Source: a phage
DNA: 64,000 nt
Reading direction: 5' to 3' (one strand)
NCBI GenBank assembly: GCA_019326865.1
Contig: GCA_019326865.1_4101.1
The notes under the pieces: model-generated
Told to the model about the DNA's origin: nothing
Database searches by the model: none
Seen by the model: the letters and a program-made list of their open reading frames with translations, nothing else
Position numbers and translations under genes: made by a program
Shown: piece by piece, positions 15,708 through 25,268 of the stretch
Layout: every line of letters starts with the position of its first letter
How positions within the stretch are numbered: position 1 is the stretch's first letter

Positions 15708-15906
15708 GTATCAGTATCATTGGAGGTTACAAACTATAAGAGGGAAAGTTGTTAGTATTTCTTTAGACAAGTCTATTGCACAAGAGGACAAATGTGTTAT
15801 AATAGCTGAAATGAAGTTGGGTGTATTTGTAGGAACAAACTATCAAAACATCTACACTGACGTATTATTAAGTGCCTTACGCAACAAGGTGTTATCCAGA
15901 GAATGA
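15691..15906 (+). CDS. family A paralog, hypothetical
   Basis: famA VGTNYQNIYT. Confidence 0.6.
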   Translation: MKVLNEYQYHWRLQTIRGKVVSISLDKSIAQEDKCVIIAEMKLGVFVGTNYQNIYTDVLLSALRNKVLSRE

Positions 15907-16121
15907 GAAAATTAATAGGTTACGAATATGTTAAGCTTCTGAAAACCTGTAGTATTAGCAGGGTAAAGATTCAATCTGATAAGAGTATTCCTGTTGAACT
16001 AAAGTACGCAATGATGGCTGAACTTTATGTAGGTGCACTATTGGGGACAAACTATCAACAAATGTATGTAGACCTATGGGTTGACGCTCTACTGAAAGAG
16101 GTCCAAAGTAAATGCAAATGA
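15903..16121 (+). CDS. family A paralog, hypothetical
   Basis: famA LGTNYQQMYV; ATGA-coupled. Confidence 0.6.
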   Translation: MRKLIGYEYVKLLKTCSISRVKIQSDKSIPVELKYAMMAELYVGALLGTNYQQMYVDLWVDALLKEVQSKCK

Positions 16122-16333
16122 TTCATTTATCTTACTATGAATATCAAAAACGTTTAAATGCATCAAGGGATATAAGGATTAAAATCTACAATAACAAAAG
16201 ATTGAAATCTGAAGCCAAAAAAATCAAAATGATAGAAGCTGAATTATGCAACTTCCTTGGGACGAACTATCAGGATGATAAGGTAACAAACTATCTTAGA
16301 GAACTAATGATTAGTATCAAGAGTAAATGTTAG
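16112..16333 (+). CDS. family A paralog, hypothetical
   Basis: famA LGTNYQDDKV. Confidence 0.6.
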   Translation: MQMIHLSYYEYQKRLNASRDIRIKIYNNKRLKSEAKKIKMIEAELCNFLGTNYQDDKVTNYLRELMISIKSKC

Positions 16334-16337
16334 GCAG

Positions 16338-16595
16338 ATGTACATGAAAATGATTAAATTATCTCAAGCAAAATATAAAGAACGCCTGGAAAAAATTACA
16401 CCTAGACTTAATGAAATCCATCACGGAGAAGTCATTAAACACGGAAATAAGATGATTATGAAACTTGAGTTAAAGGTGGGTGCATTCATAGGAACAAACT
16501 ATCAGGAGTATTATGTAGATGAATACATAATCGCACTTAAGAGATACATTGGAAGAAAACTATATCTACAAACTAAAGAATTGTATTGCAAATAA
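16338..16595 (+). CDS. family A paralog, hypothetical
   Basis: famA IGTNYQEYYV. Confidence 0.6.
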   Translation: MYMKMIKLSQAKYKERLEKITPRLNEIHHGEVIKHGNKMIMKLELKVGAFIGTNYQEYYVDEYIIALKRYIGRKLYLQTKELYCK

Positions 16596-16876
16596 ATGCA
16601 AGGATAATGAATATGAAAATGATCAATTTAAGTAAAGATGAATATACCGAGCGTATGACAAAAATTACGCACAAACGTAATACAATCTATCACAACCCAG
16701 AAATTCAACACAGTAAGAAAATGATTATGATGCGTGAGTTAAAGATGGGTGTATTCTTGGGAACAAACTATCAAGATACAGAAGTAAATCGCTTAATCGC
16801 GGAGTTACTACTGGAAATCAGAGGTAAGCTGTACTTTCATCAAATGACCCAACCACTGAGGTGTACTAAGAAATGA
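16586..16876 (+). CDS. family A paralog, hypothetical
   Basis: famA LGTNYQDTEV. Confidence 0.6.
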   Translation: MQINARIMNMKMINLSKDEYTERMTKITHKRNTIYHNPEIQHSKKMIMMRELKMGVFLGTNYQDTEVNRLIAELLLEIRGKLYFHQMTQPLRCTKK

Positions 16877-17088
16877 TCAACATCACATTGCAAGAAAGAT
16901 TCATCCGAATCAACTATGCAATTACCAAATTAGATGCTACTATAGGATTCCAAAGTCTACCGTTCCAAACAAGAATGATATTAGAGTGCGAAGCTAAATT
17001 GGGTGTACTGTTAGGAACGCAACACCAACAACGATATGTGGAAATCTGGATTGATCTTTTAACCCAAAATGTACATGAGAAAATGTAA
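16873..17088 (+). CDS. family A paralog, hypothetical
   Basis: famA LGTQHQQRYV; ATGA-coupled. Confidence 0.6.
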   Translation: MINITLQERFIRINYAITKLDATIGFQSLPFQTRMILECEAKLGVLLGTQHQQRYVEIWIDLLTQNVHEKM

Positions 17089-17325
17089 ATGAAAAATGAA
17101 ATGATATACTTAACGAATGAAGAGTTTCAAGAGAAGATGTTAAAAATCTATGATAATACTCTTGAGTACGTTCCAAATCAATCAATATATGAAGTGTCTG
17201 CGAATGTATTATTTCAGAAGCTACCATACGTTCTTGGAACGGATAAACAAGAATTTATGGTCAAAAATATGATTGAACATCTTATGATGAGTATTAAGGA
17301 AAAAGTGAATGCAAAAGAAAAATGA
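17089..17325 (+). CDS. family A paralog, hypothetical
   Basis: famA LGTDKQEFMV. Confidence 0.6.
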   Translation: MKNEMIYLTNEEFQEKMLKIYDNTLEYVPNQSIYEVSANVLFQKLPYVLGTDKQEFMVKNMIEHLMMSIKEKVNAKEK

Positions 17326-17572
17326 AATGATATACTTAACACCTGCTGAGTTAACAGAAAGACTAGTTAAATCCAGAAGATATACAAATCAACTTCCTCA
17401 CAACCCAAATCAAACCCCAGCGGAAAGGAGTGCAGAAGTTTTATTCCAATCACTACCATACCTTCTTGGAACTAATAGACAAGAGTATCATATCGAACGT
17501 ATAATTAAATATCTTAAAATTACTATTAAGGAAAAAGTAAATGCTCAAGAATTTAAAAATCCTAACAGTTAA
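17309..17572 (+). CDS. family A paralog, hypothetical
   Basis: famA LGTNRQEYHI; N-terminus near-identical to 17089. Confidence 0.6.
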   Translation: MQKKNEMIYLTPAELTERLVKSRRYTNQLPHNPNQTPAERSAEVLFQSLPYLLGTNRQEYHIERIIKYLKITIKEKVNAQEFKNPNS

Positions 17573-17783
17573 TGAATATCATAAGATTGTAATGAAAACT
17601 AATAGTGCAATTTCTAAAAAATCAAACCCAAAGTACATACTGGAACACACATTTGAAGAACGTCAATTAGCTTTAGTTGAAGCAAAACTTCTTGCACTCT
17701 TAGGAACAAACTATCAGGAAGAATACATCAGAAAACTAATATACCTTTTAACTAAACACATCAGGAAAAGAAAAAAAGCATGA
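17541..17783 (+). CDS. family A paralog, hypothetical
   Basis: famA LGTNYQEEYI. Confidence 0.6.
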   Translation: MLKNLKILTVNEYHKIVMKTNSAISKKSNPKYILEHTFEERQLALVEAKLLALLGTNYQEEYIRKLIYLLTKHIRKRKKA

Positions 17784-18010
17784 AGCACTTGACAGATGAT
17801 GAACATGGGCTTATAGTAATGGATGTAATCAACATCGAATACAAAAAGTTGATACGCTATCGTTGTTATGAAGATAAGCAACTAGTTCTAGCAGAACAGA
17901 AGTTGTTTCGACTCTTAAACACAAACTTCCAAGCACAATACGAAGAATCGTATATGTACCTTTTGGCGAGGAAAGCAAAAAGAGATTATGAAAATTTTAA
18001 GCAAAGGTGA
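17780..18010 (+). CDS. family A paralog, hypothetical
   Basis: famA LNTNFQAQYE; ATGA-coupled. Confidence 0.6.
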   Translation: MKHLTDDEHGLIVMDVINIEYKKLIRYRCYEDKQLVLAEQKLFRLLNTNFQAQYEESYMYLLARKAKRDYENFKQR

Positions 18011-18209
18011 TTCAGTAATATTACTTATAGAGAGTTCAAATAAATTCTTAAACATAACACTGTCTGATATAGATGAAGATGATAAAGAAGTACTGAGAGC
18101 AGATTTAAGAGTACTGTTACATCTCGGAACAAACCTACAAGAAGAATATGTAGAGTACTACATTGATGAACTTAAAGAATCAGTACTGAGAAGATGCAAA
18201 TGCGAATGA
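17988..18209 (+). CDS. family A paralog, hypothetical
   Basis: famA LGTNLQEEYV. Confidence 0.6.
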   Translation: MKILSKGDSVILLIESSNKFLNITLSDIDEDDKEVLRADLRVLLHLGTNLQEEYVEYYIDELKESVLRRCKCE

Positions 18210-18421
18210 TTACCGACGAAGAATACCTAACAATTATAAATGGATTGTTTTTGAAGTTGTTTGTTATTAACACATCAGATATACCAGATATGGATAAAAT
18301 TATTAAGAGAAATGAAATCTATGTTCTAGCTACCCTGGGAACTAACTATCAAGAATGCAATATTAATGATTATATTAATACACTTAAAGGAGCGATTGAA
18401 CTAAAATGCCAAAACCACTAG
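18194..18421 (+). CDS. family A paralog, hypothetical
   Basis: famA LGTNYQECNI. Confidence 0.6.
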   Translation: MQMRMITDEEYLTIINGLFLKLFVINTSDIPDMDKIIKRNEIYVLATLGTNYQECNINDYINTLKGAIELKCQNH

Positions 18422-18621
18422 GAACAGCAGAATACATTGAACTCATGGGATTACACTTCTCATCCTTTCAGAAACTTATGCGAGAATCAAAGAATGATTT
18501 AGAATATACCATCAGAGGTTCAGATTTAAGAATGCTTCTCACCCTAGACACAGATTCCCAAGAGAGATTTGTCAATGAGCATATTAGAGCACTTTTAATG
18601 GAAATTAAAAGTAAACTATGA
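18406..18621 (+). CDS. family A paralog, hypothetical
   Basis: famA LDTDSQERFV. Confidence 0.6.
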   Translation: MPKPLGTAEYIELMGLHFSSFQKLMRESKNDLEYTIRGSDLRMLLTLDTDSQERFVNEHIRALLMEIKSKL

Positions 18622-18833
18622 AGGTAATATCAAACCAAGAGTACTTGGCACTATTCAGGAAGAATAATCACAAATATATGGCACTTGATTCAAGAACTGA
18701 TATAGGGGAACTTGAAAAAAATCTTTTGCGTTCAGAGATGATAGTACTGACACTCTTAGGAACACAACATCAAGAGAGAACTGTTGATTCATATATTGAG
18801 ATTCTTAAGAAGCTTATACAGGAAAAACTATGA
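18618..18833 (+). CDS. family A paralog, hypothetical
   Basis: famA LGTQHQERTV; ATGA-coupled. Confidence 0.6.
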   Translation: MKVISNQEYLALFRKNNHKYMALDSRTDIGELEKNLLRSEMIVLTLLGTQHQERTVDSYIEILKKLIQEKL

Positions 18834-19060
18834 GAATCATAACACAAACAGACATATTTAAGTTAGCAAGGGAACATACATCTGAAATTGATGCTATAGT
18901 ATCAAAAAGTTACAATGACCCTTATACACAAGATGTGCACTACAATGAATTATGGGTGTATATACTTTTAGGTACAAATTATCAAGAGCAAGCAGTACAG
19001 AAGTATTTGGCAGCTTTAAGTACTGCTACTGCTAATAGTATAGGTATTAAAAAATGCTAG
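18830..19060 (+). CDS. family A paralog, hypothetical
   Basis: famA LGTNYQEQAV; ATGA-coupled. Confidence 0.6.
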   Translation: MRIITQTDIFKLAREHTSEIDAIVSKSYNDPYTQDVHYNELWVYILLGTNYQEQAVQKYLAALSTATANSIGIKKC

Positions 19061-19290
19061 TACTGACAGAACTAGAAATGTATCATAGATTTAATAAGTA
19101 CTATCATTTACTTAAGCCTATACAGAGGATTAAATGTCCATTTGAAGAGAAACAGGTATTAATTTATGAGCATAAGTTATTTGTATCATTAGGTACGAAT
19201 GAACAAGAGTATTATTTGAAGTTGTACTTAATTACTTTAATTGAATTGATTAATCACAAAACACAGAAAGCTAAGAAATCTAAAAAATGA
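19054..19290 (+). CDS. family A paralog, hypothetical
   Basis: famA LGTNEQEYYL. Confidence 0.6.
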   Translation: MLVLTELEMYHRFNKYYHLLKPIQRIKCPFEEKQVLIYEHKLFVSLGTNEQEYYLKLYLITLIELINHKTQKAKKSKK

Positions 19291-19625
19291 AAACTAATAT
19301 TCAACTCAAGGTATACATATCTTATGAATCTATATACATCAAATGCAGTCTATGTAAAGATGTAATGGATTATAAAGGTAAGCCATTCACAATTACTTAC
19401 AGTCTAACAGGAGGCTTTTATATATCTTTTGTTGATTACGAAAATAAAATATACAAGCACATTGATATTAAAGATTTAAGTACCTTGTCAGATGAGGAAT
19501 ACTTTCAAGAATCATTAGTATGGGATTTAGAGTTTCCTATGACATTAGTACACAAAATGATAGTACTAATGAAAGAAACTAAACCTGAGCCGAGTGGTTA
19601 TGAAGAATTCATTATTGAGTATTAA
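19287..19625 (+). CDS. family B paralog (acidic-FQxS motif), hypothetical
   Basis: famB SDEEYFQESLVWD; sits inside family A array. Confidence 0.6.
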   Translation: MKTNIQLKVYISYESIYIKCSLCKDVMDYKGKPFTITYSLTGGFYISFVDYENKIYKHIDIKDLSTLSDEEYFQESLVWDLEFPMTLVHKMIVLMKETKPEPSGYEEFIIEY

Positions 19626-19637
19626 GAGTACTGATAT

Positions 19638-19853
19638 ATGAAAAGATTATCATACAAAGATTACAGTAAACTTATCAGTACTTTACAACCAGAAATTAGA
19701 AGAATTAATTATCTTCCTATATCTAACGAAGAACGTGTAGTACTGAAAAATGAGTTAATATTAAAACGCACAGTAGGTACTAACTATCAAGATAATAGTG
19801 TTTGCGATTTAATTAGAGGGTTAATGATCACAATAAAGGCCAAGTGCTATTGA
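19638..19853 (+). CDS. family A paralog, hypothetical
   Basis: famA VGTNYQDNSV. Confidence 0.6.
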   Translation: MKRLSYKDYSKLISTLQPEIRRINYLPISNEERVVLKNELILKRTVGTNYQDNSVCDLIRGLMITIKAKCY

Positions 19854-19859
19854 CAGTAC

Positions 19860-19888
19860 TTGACGGAGCTTTTCATTACTGATATAGT
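19860..19888 (+). promoter_or_regulatory. sigma70-like promoter
   Basis: TTGACG-17nt-TATAGT upstream of 19918. Confidence 0.45.
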
Positions 19889-19917
19889 ATACTAACGTTA
19901 ATCATAGGGTAGAAATT

Positions 19918-20163
19918 ATGTTAAAATTTTTAAATTTCCTTATCGTCTTGTGTATTGTTCTTGGGATTGCACCGTTTGTACTGGTGTATATGGATTCAGA
20001 TGAAATGCAAAAGATGAATTGCACAAAGACGGGACAGAGTAGAGAAGAGACGATTCTTATGCCTGTTACTGTTATTGTTAATAATATGCCCATTACAAAC
20101 ATGGTCCCTACCCTAACGACAACGTACCAGTACTCTTGTACAGACGGGGAGAGGTGGAGATGA
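19918..20163 (+). CDS. hypothetical membrane protein (81 aa)
   Basis: ORF track; N-terminal hydrophobic helix FLNFLIVLCIVLGIAPFVLVY. Confidence 0.55.
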   Translation: MLKFLNFLIVLCIVLGIAPFVLVYMDSDEMQKMNCTKTGQSREETILMPVTVIVNNMPITNMVPTLTTTYQYSCTDGERWR

Positions 20164-20480
20164 AATTTAATATAGCAAAAACATCGAATGTATGTATATT
20201 TGGTTATGCAGAAGAGTTAGGTGATATTGACATTCTTTTGTACAAAAAGGATGGTGTTATGCATTTCAAGTACCAGGATGAAGAGGCAGACAATTATCTT
20301 TTGCCTAATTTAGTACAAATGCAGGAAGAGGAATTATTCCAGTACAGCTTAGTATATGACATTGATATTTGCACGATGCCAGTACTAATTAATATTCAAA
20401 AAGTGATGCTCGATGTGTTTGATAGGCTAATACAAGGCACACAAGGAAGAACCATATATGTCAATGTACAAGACAATTAA
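20136..20480 (+). CDS. family B paralog, hypothetical
   Basis: famB QEEELFQYSLVYD. Confidence 0.6.
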   Translation: MYRRGEVEMKFNIAKTSNVCIFGYAEELGDIDILLYKKDGVMHFKYQDEEADNYLLPNLVQMQEEELFQYSLVYDIDICTMPVLINIQKVMLDVFDRLIQGTQGRTIYVNVQDN

Positions 20481-20673
20481 TCAAGAATGGAAGAATCAAA
20501 AGTACAGAGAATTCAATAGGAATTTTACAAAAGACGAATTGAATATAAAAACAACAGAATTTGATATGTTTATTTTTCTCGGAACACGTTCTCAGGAGCA
20601 ATTTGTTCATTATTATATAAATTCGTTGCGAGCGGAGATAGTATGCAAAACAAAGGGTATTATAAAAAGGTAA
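20458..20673 (+). CDS. family A paralog, hypothetical
   Basis: famA LGTRSQEQFV. Confidence 0.55.
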   Translation: MSMYKTINQEWKNQKYREFNRNFTKDELNIKTTEFDMFIFLGTRSQEQFVHYYINSLRAEIVCKTKGIIKR

Positions 20674-20909
20674 ACCAACATTTGTACGCTACAAAGTACA
20701 GGGATTTTTGTTTAAAGGGTGGTGATGAAGATTTTTCTTTGCGATTATCAGAATTTAATCTGTTATTTTATCTTGGTACATCGGAACAAGAAGAAATGGC
20801 ACAGAAATTTCTCAATCACCTTGTACAAAAAATTAATATGCAAATTTTGATGCTTAAGTTACAGGATGAGATAAATGAATATGAACCCAACAATAGTACA
20901 GGATCTTAA
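20643..20909 (+). CDS. family A paralog, hypothetical
   Basis: famA LGTSEQEEMA. Confidence 0.55.
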   Translation: MQNKGYYKKVNQHLYATKYRDFCLKGGDEDFSLRLSEFNLLFYLGTSEQEEMAQKFLNHLVQKINMQILMLKLQDEINEYEPNNSTGS

Positions 20910-21270
20910 ACAAGTAATATTCCTTTTGAATACAAGAAGTGAATTGTATACAGAGTTTAAAGAGATTAATGCATTTTATCAGAATTTTGTAATTCAAGAG
21001 TTCAGTGATTTAATTACAGATGCATTATTTGAATTATCGGAAAAATACAAAGGAACAGAGTTCAGTGTTAAAAATGTATTACGTTCTTTATCAACGCGTA
21101 TAATAAAATTAGATCATTTCAAATTTGAAAATAAAGATTTATTCAGTCACAATCCAAGTACAGCTTTATATTTTATTCCTGATTCAGACAAAAATCATCC
21201 TATTCATTACGGATGGATTTTGTCGTACATAGTACAAGGAAAGGAGTATCCTATTAAATGGAACGATTAG
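20875..21270 (+). CDS. hypothetical protein (131 aa)
   Basis: ORF track; no family motif. Confidence 0.5.
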   Translation: MNMNPTIVQDLKQVIFLLNTRSELYTEFKEINAFYQNFVIQEFSDLITDALFELSEKYKGTEFSVKNVLRSLSTRIIKLDHFKFENKDLFSHNPSTALYFIPDSDKNHPIHYGWILSYIVQGKEYPIKWND

Positions 21271-21418
21271 GGCGATTAGATTATTACACAATTAATACAA
21301 ATTATTTGTTGCGTAATATAAAATCCGATTACAAAATATGGATAAAGAACAGAGATAGCATGTGTTATGAATTTTATTTAGATTATGCTATCAAACGATT
21401 TTTAAGAGAAGAACATTA

Positions 21419-21622
21419 GTGCAAAATAGTAATACGATAACATTAAATGCATTACAGGATTCATTATTAGATAGTATTAAGATGTATTACAATATACATT
21501 TGAGGGGTGGCATTGATGATTATAATTATTATTTGAGTTTAATTGTAATTGAGCACCTTTCAGTACAGGACAGGATTTTACATCCTACAAATCCTAGGTA
21601 TCCATCGATAGGTAAATTATGA
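21419..21622 (+). CDS. hypothetical protein (67 aa)
   Basis: ORF track; start is GTG per track. Confidence 0.4.
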   Translation: MQNSNTITLNALQDSLLDSIKMYYNIHLRGGIDDYNYYLSLIVIEHLSVQDRILHPTNPRYPSIGKL

Positions 21623-22176
21623 ATGAGATAGAGTTATTAGCACACAAGATAAGTACAATAATGCTTATCCTCAATAACAACCATCCTATATCGCAGATAG
21701 ATGGAATCCTGAGTCAGAGGACAGGTGGTAGTTTATATTTGTCCCTAAACGCAAATATCGCAAGGAAATACATTGACATTGGTGATGTTGATGCTGAAAT
21801 CGAATGTGATACAACTGGAATTGTTGATGTAGGTGCATTAATCAGTTCAAATCCTGTATCAGTATCCCCGTTGACCAAAGGTGTTAGTACAGGATTCGAA
21901 GGATATTTGTGGTATAATGCTAATGATAATTATTTTATATATCAGCATTCTAATACAAATTATGATGAAGATAAATTTGAGTTCATTGACCCTTATGATG
22001 AAGCTGGAGTATTTCAACAATCATTAATCACAAAACCACATCAAATGATGTATCTAATGTTATTCAGTACAATGAATTTGAATCCATTAATTAATGGTTT
22101 AAAGTTTTATATTCAATTGAATTTGGTTCATGTAGTTTATGATTTATTAATGCAAGGATATAGTTATGAAGTATAA
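21619..22176 (+). CDS. family B paralog, hypothetical
   Basis: famB DEAGVFQQSLITKP; ATGA-coupled. Confidence 0.6.
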   Translation: MNEIELLAHKISTIMLILNNNHPISQIDGILSQRTGGSLYLSLNANIARKYIDIGDVDAEIECDTTGIVDVGALISSNPVSVSPLTKGVSTGFEGYLWYNANDNYFIYQHSNTNYDEDKFEFIDPYDEAGVFQQSLITKPHQMMYLMLFSTMNLNPLINGLKFYIQLNLVHVVYDLLMQGYSYEV

Positions 22177-22468
22177 AATGATGTATACTCCAGATATGAT
22201 TTATGTTGAATTAGAAGACGATGACGACGGCTGGAATTTGATTTATTCAATTAGTTCAGGTTGGTACATGGCACATTTAAATGATAACAAAGTTACAGAT
22301 TATTTTGTAGATTTCAACACCTTATCCGATGAAGAATTGTTTCAACAACAATTAGTGATTGATACAGGTGGTTATGATGTGTTATTATTAAAAAAGATAC
22401 AGAAAGCTGTTATTGATTTTAAGCCCAATATGTTGCAAAGGAAATATTATGACATCGAAGTACAATAA
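22166..22468 (+). CDS. family B paralog, hypothetical
   Basis: famB SDEELFQQQLVID. Confidence 0.6.
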   Translation: MKYKMMYTPDMIYVELEDDDDGWNLIYSISSGWYMAHLNDNKVTDYFVDFNTLSDEELFQQQLVIDTGGYDVLLLKKIQKAVIDFKPNMLQRKYYDIEVQ

Positions 22469-22802
22469 TGTATTTGATATTAAGAAATTAAAAGAATGGG
22501 TTTATAGTATTGAAATTGAAGCAATTCCTTATCATAGATACAAACAATATGATTTATGTAATATAGATATTCGTGAGTTGTACGCATATTATCAGAGTGC
22601 ATTAGAGATGCATAAGATATTTTTGAGTTCAAATTACATGACACGTTGTAATGATGCTTTTAAAGAATTTAATAATTATAATTTAGTACAAAAATATGTA
22701 GTATCAAAGTACATGTACAATCAAGGAATTAAAGGTTGTATTGAATTCAATTCGGTCTTTGCTTTAGTTGAGATAATTTTATGCAGTACATGTCTGATTT
22801 AG
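22449..22802 (+). CDS. hypothetical protein (117 aa)
   Basis: track ORF 22413..22802; start moved to ATG 22449 (MTSKYNNV) to reduce overlap. Confidence 0.5.
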   Translation: MTSKYNNVFDIKKLKEWVYSIEIEAIPYHRYKQYDLCNIDIRELYAYYQSALEMHKIFLSSNYMTRCNDAFKEFNNYNLVQKYVVSKYMYNQGIKGCIEFNSVFALVEIILCSTCLI

Positions 22803-23278
22803 AGTTTAGTTTAGATGCTGCTTTTAAATTTGTACACAAGATAGAAACAATATATCGTACATTATGTGCAATACGATTAGTAACATCTGAACTTGATGTT
22901 GGTAAAAGGTATCAGGTATGGAATAACACATTTCTAGACAAAGAGCGTTGTTCAACTGGGTTTAATATTTTATCATTTAATCCAAGTAATTGTTACCCAG
23001 AGAAGCATGAGCGTTATCCGAATGATGACATGTGGTTTGAGTACAAAGAAGATGGTGATATGTCGTTCATTGAAGTTCCTGATGATTTTAATGCACAAGA
23101 TTTAACAGAAGAATGGTGGTTCCAGCAGAATTTAGTCCACGATGATATTGATTTATTTTTTTATGTAGTATTTAAAATGCTTTATCACAACAAGATAGTA
23201 CAAGATAGTGTATTTTTTTCATGTCTATATATTGATGATTTGTACAATGAAATTCAAATCAACATGCCTGTATCGTAA
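22781..23278 (+). CDS. family B paralog, hypothetical
   Basis: famB TEEWWFQQNLVHDD. Confidence 0.6.
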   Translation: MQYMSDLEFSLDAAFKFVHKIETIYRTLCAIRLVTSELDVGKRYQVWNNTFLDKERCSTGFNILSFNPSNCYPEKHERYPNDDMWFEYKEDGDMSFIEVPDDFNAQDLTEEWWFQQNLVHDDIDLFFYVVFKMLYHNKIVQDSVFFSCLYIDDLYNEIQINMPVS

Positions 23279-23303
23279 GATATGGGCTTTTTTTGTTTTG
23301 GTA

Positions 23304-23332
23304 TTGACATAGAAGTACAAAACTGTTATCAT
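23304..23332 (+). promoter_or_regulatory. sigma70-like promoter
   Basis: TTGACA-17nt-TATCAT; SD AAAGGAGG before ATG 23359. Confidence 0.5.
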
Positions 23333-23358
23333 GGGTAATCATTTTAAAGGAGGAATTT

Positions 23359-23880
23359 ATGGCGAGTTTTATGGTTCCAAGTACATACGAAGATGCATCA
23401 AGTGCAGTGCATAAGGTTCATCATATTTTTAATTTAATTATTAATGCATCAAAAAATAAAATGTATGCACCTCTAGTGAAATTTAATAAAAATGAGGAAA
23501 TTTTTGTTAGTACAGAACAAACGATTTTTCCATATTTCAATAAAGATAGATTATGGTTCATGCATTCAGTTGCATTACAAAGATATAATATAACAAGATC
23601 CAACGAAAATCATAATCCAGGATATTTGCATATATCGTTATACCATCCCGATATTGGAGAGGATGTATATTTTCAGTACAGCACAGTACACTGCCATGAA
23701 GATATCTTTGCTGCTATGCTTATTGCTAAACTGAACACCGTTGATTTGGAGTACCACAAATACAATAATAAATCATTTAAGATCATAATCCCTGCATTCA
23801 TAGCTCTTTATGATTATGTGGTGCATAACAAAAAAGATGATACATATGCTTTCAATGAAGAGTATTTGGATTTTTTTTAA
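23359..23880 (+). CDS. family B paralog, hypothetical
   Basis: famB GEDVYFQYSTVHCHED. Confidence 0.6.
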   Translation: MASFMVPSTYEDASSAVHKVHHIFNLIINASKNKMYAPLVKFNKNEEIFVSTEQTIFPYFNKDRLWFMHSVALQRYNITRSNENHNPGYLHISLYHPDIGEDVYFQYSTVHCHEDIFAAMLIAKLNTVDLEYHKYNNKSFKIIIPAFIALYDYVVHNKKDDTYAFNEEYLDFF

Positions 23881-23889
23881 GGAGAACAT

Positions 23890-24435
23890 ATGAGCAGTAC
23901 AACAGTACAGAAAGCAATGACATTCAATGAAATTGGTGCATTTAAAGATAAGATTATTGATAGTATTGAATATTTGATTTGTTGTAACATCAATAAGATA
24001 GATGTATATAACAAGGTAAATGGTTCATGTCACACAATGTACATGACAAACAACAATGGAACTATTCCATTTATTTCGGATAGTACAATATGGTACGCAT
24101 GTGATACAACAAAATACACAGCAGGTTCGTATGTGTTAGGGACACATAAGGAATTAATTATTCCTGAGCATTGTATACAAGAAGAAGAATATTTTCAAAT
24201 GCAGTTAGTACACGCACCATTAGAGATGGTTGCTTTATATATGATACCTTATATCTCTAAATGTGTTCATGAGAATAAAGCTCCATGGAATCATGAATTT
24301 GGTTCGTTGAAGTTATTGTATAATGTTTTAGCACAATATTATGATTACAGACACGAGGGTACAATCAGCGATGTATGGGATTTTGAATCACTAAGGGTGA
24401 AAACATACACAGGTGAATTATATGTCCAGAATTAA
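23890..24435 (+). CDS. family B paralog, hypothetical
   Basis: famB QEEEYFQMQLVHAP; SD AAGGAGAA. Confidence 0.6.
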   Translation: MSSTTVQKAMTFNEIGAFKDKIIDSIEYLICCNINKIDVYNKVNGSCHTMYMTNNNGTIPFISDSTIWYACDTTKYTAGSYVLGTHKELIIPEHCIQEEEYFQMQLVHAPLEMVALYMIPYISKCVHENKAPWNHEFGSLKLLYNVLAQYYDYRHEGTISDVWDFESLRVKTYTGELYVQN

Positions 24436-25036
24436 AATGTGTGATTTGATGCAGTACAGTAAAATTGCAATTCCAGTACTTAATAAAGTTCTTGATGCAT
24501 TCATTGCAAAATACCCTGAGAATTCAGAATTACGTATTCCGTTTCGTGTACCAGACATAGATGATACATTCTATGTAAATGTCAGTACACGTGGTATTAC
24601 ATTGCAGCAGAAATACAGGGATACAGAATACTATGGAATAAAGTTGGATTCGGGGCAGGGTTCTAAATCATCCTATGATTTTTTTGTTCCTAATAATATA
24701 GAGTCATGGGAAACAAACATTTCAAAGAAAGATGAAAATGATGTTCCTATTAGTGGTGAATTAAGCAATAAAGTTTTTTATTATTACGAAACTGATAAAT
24801 TCCCTGAAGAGTTATATTACAATTCAGAAATGAGTGAAGATGTAGATGCATTCATGTTTCAATTATCTTTAGTACAGGATATAATTAATGTTCAAGAGTT
24901 AAGAGCAGAAATCAATTTAGCTAAAGAGTTGTCGGACATGTTGCCACCGTTTAGTATGATTTTTTGTGAAGGAGGTTATTTTACAAAAGAAGTGTTTGAA
25001 CATTTCGTAGATGTTGTAAAAGGGTTGGATATATAG
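24413..25036 (+). CDS. family B paralog, hypothetical
   Basis: famB DVDAFMFQLSLVQD. Confidence 0.6.
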   Translation: MNYMSRIKMCDLMQYSKIAIPVLNKVLDAFIAKYPENSELRIPFRVPDIDDTFYVNVSTRGITLQQKYRDTEYYGIKLDSGQGSKSSYDFFVPNNIESWETNISKKDENDVPISGELSNKVFYYYETDKFPEELYYNSEMSEDVDAFMFQLSLVQDIINVQELRAEINLAKELSDMLPPFSMIFCEGGYFTKEVFEHFVDVVKGLDI

Positions 25037-25037
25037 T

Positions 25038-25268
25038 ATGCTTACTGATGATATTAAACAAAAATACCGTAAGTTTGATTGGTTCACCGACAGTTTCCAG
25101 CTTGAATTACTGCATTTGAATATAAGTGAGACATTATGTGCAGAAACACAAGATGAATTTGATGACAGAGTTCTTAACATAGTAATGCTTTCTTGCTTTA
25201 AACACTTTGGTTATTTTTCGAACAGGATTAAGGTACAAAATGCATCAACACAAGCATCATTCATATGA
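25038..25268 (+). CDS. hypothetical protein (76 aa)
   Basis: ORF track; no family motif. Confidence 0.45.
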   Translation: MLTDDIKQKYRKFDWFTDSFQLELLHLNISETLCAETQDEFDDRVLNIVMLSCFKHFGYFSNRIKVQNASTQASFI

